A stretch of DNA of 63,732 bases, the filler included, from Octopus bimaculoides (taxonomy: Eukaryota): NCBI RefSeq assembly GCF_001194135.2. It is 4 parts of 4 records of this genome, joined end to end, with 100 filler letters (N's around TTAATTAATTAA, not from the genome) between each part and the next. Parts side by side here need not be neighbours in the genome. Positions count along the whole stretch, not along the records: positions 59,060 to 61,795 come from NW_026411497.1; positions 61,896 to 63,732 come from NW_026425037.1; 2 more parts are not named here. One strand, written 5' to 3'. A model generated the notes under the pieces. That model ran no database searches. It had not been told where the DNA came from and saw only the letters and a program-made list of their open reading frames with translations. Position numbers and translations under genes: made by a program. This document shows, piece after piece, positions 61,092-63,732 of this stretch (positions are counted from its first letter, which is position 1; every line of letters begins with the position of its first letter).

Positions 61092-61795
61092 AAGCACAAT
61101 AAATAAGTATAATATAATACAAAGTAAATATCATAAGATAATGATAATAAAACGACTACACGTGTTTCATAACCAATTTTCAAATAGAAAGAAAATTTAA
61201 ATCGATTAAAACTATCGAAAATCAATTCTATTCAAAAATATAGCTAATCTTCAGGTCAAAATACAACAATTGTAATAATAAAAGAATGTATATATCAACC
61301 ACAATAAATAACAAATGAATGTATATAAAATACTTATTATATTAAGATATTATTAAAAATATCAAAATTATAAACATTCCATAATCAACCCTACGTCCAT
61401 TATAATACAAGCTAACAGGAATATTATATGCAAAAACCAACTTTAACAAATTTTTCGCTTAAAATACAATTTGAACTAAGTTTTAGGTTAAAATGATAAA
61501 GATAGAAGTAGCACATATCTAAACGATGCAATAGTTTAAACTAGAAGATTTTAGACTAAAACATTTATTTAAAAGAAGTCTCATGAAAATATTGCGTAAA
61601 GAAAAGGAATAGAATAAATAGATATAAAAATATGAATGAAAACTTTATTATGAATGAAAGATTAAACTTTATATAACTTAAGTCATAATAAAACAATTAA
61701 CAATATTGTATAATCAAAGAAACACGTGTAGTCGTTTTATTATCGCTATCTTATGATATTTACTTTGTATTATATTATACTTATTTATTGTGCTT
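61092..61795. repeat. Inverted repeat pair (at least 77 bp, near-perfect) around an AT-rich spacer
   Basis: 61092-61168 is the reverse complement of 61719-61795 with 2 mismatches. The right arm is cut by the join. Confidence 0.85.
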
Positions 61796-61895
61796 NNNNN
61801 NNNNNNNNNNNNNNNNNNNNNNNNNNNNNNNNNNNNNNNTTAATTAATTAANNNNNNNNNNNNNNNNNNNNNNNNNNNNNNNNNNNNNNNNNNNN
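61796..61895. other. Artificial 100-bp scaffold join
   Basis: 44 N + TTAATTAATTAA + 44 N. Confidence 0.95.
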
Positions 61896-61897
61896 AC

Positions 61898-62080
61898 ATT
61901 TGCGCCAGTAACAAAAATCCAAGCTTCAGAATTTTTCCCCTCTACGATACAACCTGTACGGTACAACCACTAGCCAGCCACTACGGTACAACCAGTAAAG
62001 AGACACTCTTTATTACAAAATACAGAGCCCTCTTGAACGCGTCTACAACAAACGACATATCCACCATAATCTTCGAATAA
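61898..62080 (+). pseudogene. Penelope-like element endonuclease C-terminal remnant
   Basis: ICASNKNPSFRIFPLY..TSKETLFITKYRALLN resembles the C..F.IFPFY..KE..FI.KY.P.LN ending of PLE ORFs. Contains a short internal duplication (tacggtacaacca x2). Confidence 0.55.
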
Positions 62081-63732
62081 CACAAACATACGCAAATATT
62101 AAAAATTATACATTCAAGAGTTTCCCAAGAATTCATTAAAAAACAGTCCCAATCACTGCTATTATCCACAACGAGCCACTTTTAGGTCACTTGACTACTA
62201 CTATCATACCATCTGCATTAATTTATTATTATTCTCCCTTCTCCATCTCCTTCTTCTTCCTCTTCACAACCTCCTTCCTAACTTTGCTACTATTGCTGTT
62301 TAGAATAACACCTACACAAATTTTATAAACAATACAGTCAAAAGAGATGTCTCAAGAATTCAATCACTACCACGATCCACAACAAGTCACTCTCAGAGCA
62401 CTTGAAAATTTAACATCCTACGACTATCATGGCACTCCCACATTCTCATCCCCCCCCTCCCCCCTCCACCNNNNNNNNNNNNNNNNNNNNNNNNNNNNNN
62501 NNNNNNNNNNNNNNNNNNNNNNNNNNNNNNNNNNNNNNNNNNNNNNNNNNNNNNNNNNNNNNNNNNNNNNNNNNNNNNNNNNNNNNNNNNNNNNNNNNNN
62601 NNNNNNNNNNNNNNNNNNNNNNNNNNNNNNNNNNNNNNNNNNNNNNNNNNNNNNNNNNNNNNNNNNNNNNNNNNNNNNNNNNNNNNNNNNNNNNNNNNNN
62701 NNNNNNNNNNNNNNNNNNNNNNNNNNNNNNNNNNNNNNNNNNNNNNNNNNNNNNNNNNNNNNNNNNNNNNNNNNNNNNNNNNNNNNNNNNNNNNNNNNNN
62801 NNNNNNNNNNNNNNNNNNNNNNNNNNNNNNNNNNNNNNNNNNNNNNNNNNNNNNNNNNNNNNNNNNNNNNNNNNNNNNNNNNNNNNNNNNNNNNNNNNNN
62901 NNNNNNNNNNNNNNNNNNNNNNNNNNNNNNNNNNNNNNNNNNNNNNNNNNNNNNNNNNNNNNNNNNNNNNNNNNNNNNNNNNNNNNNNNNNNNNNNNAAT
63001 CCAAACAAACAAGAAACAACAACAACGTGAGGGCGTGGTGCAAGTACTGTATTATCAAACTTTCAGGAAAGGAAAGGAAGAGGATTTTACGTTTCGAGCA
63101 AAGCTCTTCTTCAGAAATAGAGGAAAGTCCAAAAGAAGGGAATACGGAGGAAGAAAATCGCCAACGATAAGCACGTGGTTGCAAAGAGAGGTAGTAATTT
63201 AACTCAGGTCCCAGAGGATGCGCACGTATATCTCCTATTGTCGAAATATATTAATGCAATATTCCATATAACTTAAGTAACATTCAGCAATAAACAACTG
63301 ACAATGGTGCATTGAAACAGTTGTAGTAGTTTATAATGAAGCCTGGTAAATAGACTTTCTCACAATAAAATTTATATATAAATTATATATATAATTGAAT
63401 ACAAACACGACCATCTTTGGCTTCATCCATTTCTTCCTTTCTATTTTCGTACATAATCTCTCTGTCACTCTCCCTCCACTTCTCTCTCTCCATCTCCCCA
63501 ACTCTCTCTCTCTCTCACTCCCATTGATTTGGTCTCGATTCCATCAAACATAACGTTTGTAGTTTCATTTACTGGATCAATCTAACGATAAGACTTCCCT
63601 GTTTCATAGTTCGTTTTCCCCACCTCCTTATTTAGCTCTATATTCCTTGCATTTCTCTCTTTTCTCTCTCTCTCCCACACTAGTCTCTCTCCGTTACATA
63701 CACACACTCATATATATATATATATATATATA

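Noticed and set aside
3594-63202. Long ORFs full of X
   Set aside because: They are open only because they run through N gaps.

Overview
Repeat-saturated, AT-rich animal genomic DNA with many N gaps. The SINE families, extreme microsatellite load and receptor type fit an octopod cephalopod (Octopus-like); this is inference, not a database match. Only one intact protein-coding gene is supportable: a rhodopsin-class peptide GPCR of the FMRFamide-receptor-like group, with its whole CDS in one exon (52910..54784, +, 624 aa) and a poly-G/poly-Q/poly-H C-tail. The rest is mostly dispersed tRNA-derived SINEs (working labels A, B, C and E), fragments of Dong/R4-type non-LTR elements, Penelope-like remnants, mariner/Tc1/pogo remnants, small MITEs, two minisatellites and long triplet microsatellites. 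Almost all other ORFs in the track are microsatellite or N-gap artefacts. The best leads are: (1) small Penelope-associated repeats carrying hammerhead-ribozyme-shaped cores with covarying stems, including a circularly permuted 151-nt monomer (retrozyme-like); (2) a back-to-back inverted tRNA-like element; (3) a mariner derivative with two left ends; (4) a heptad minisatellite whose variation preserves a coiled-coil reading; (5) a pre-miRNA-like hairpin upstream of the GPCR; (6) a CpG-retaining domain at about 31.4-42.4 kb; and (7) a strong strand bias of SINE family A. Three 100-bp TTAATTAATTAA spacers are artificial joins, so adjacency across 31.3, 59.0 and 61.8 kb is not guaranteed. All counts and alignments were done by eye.
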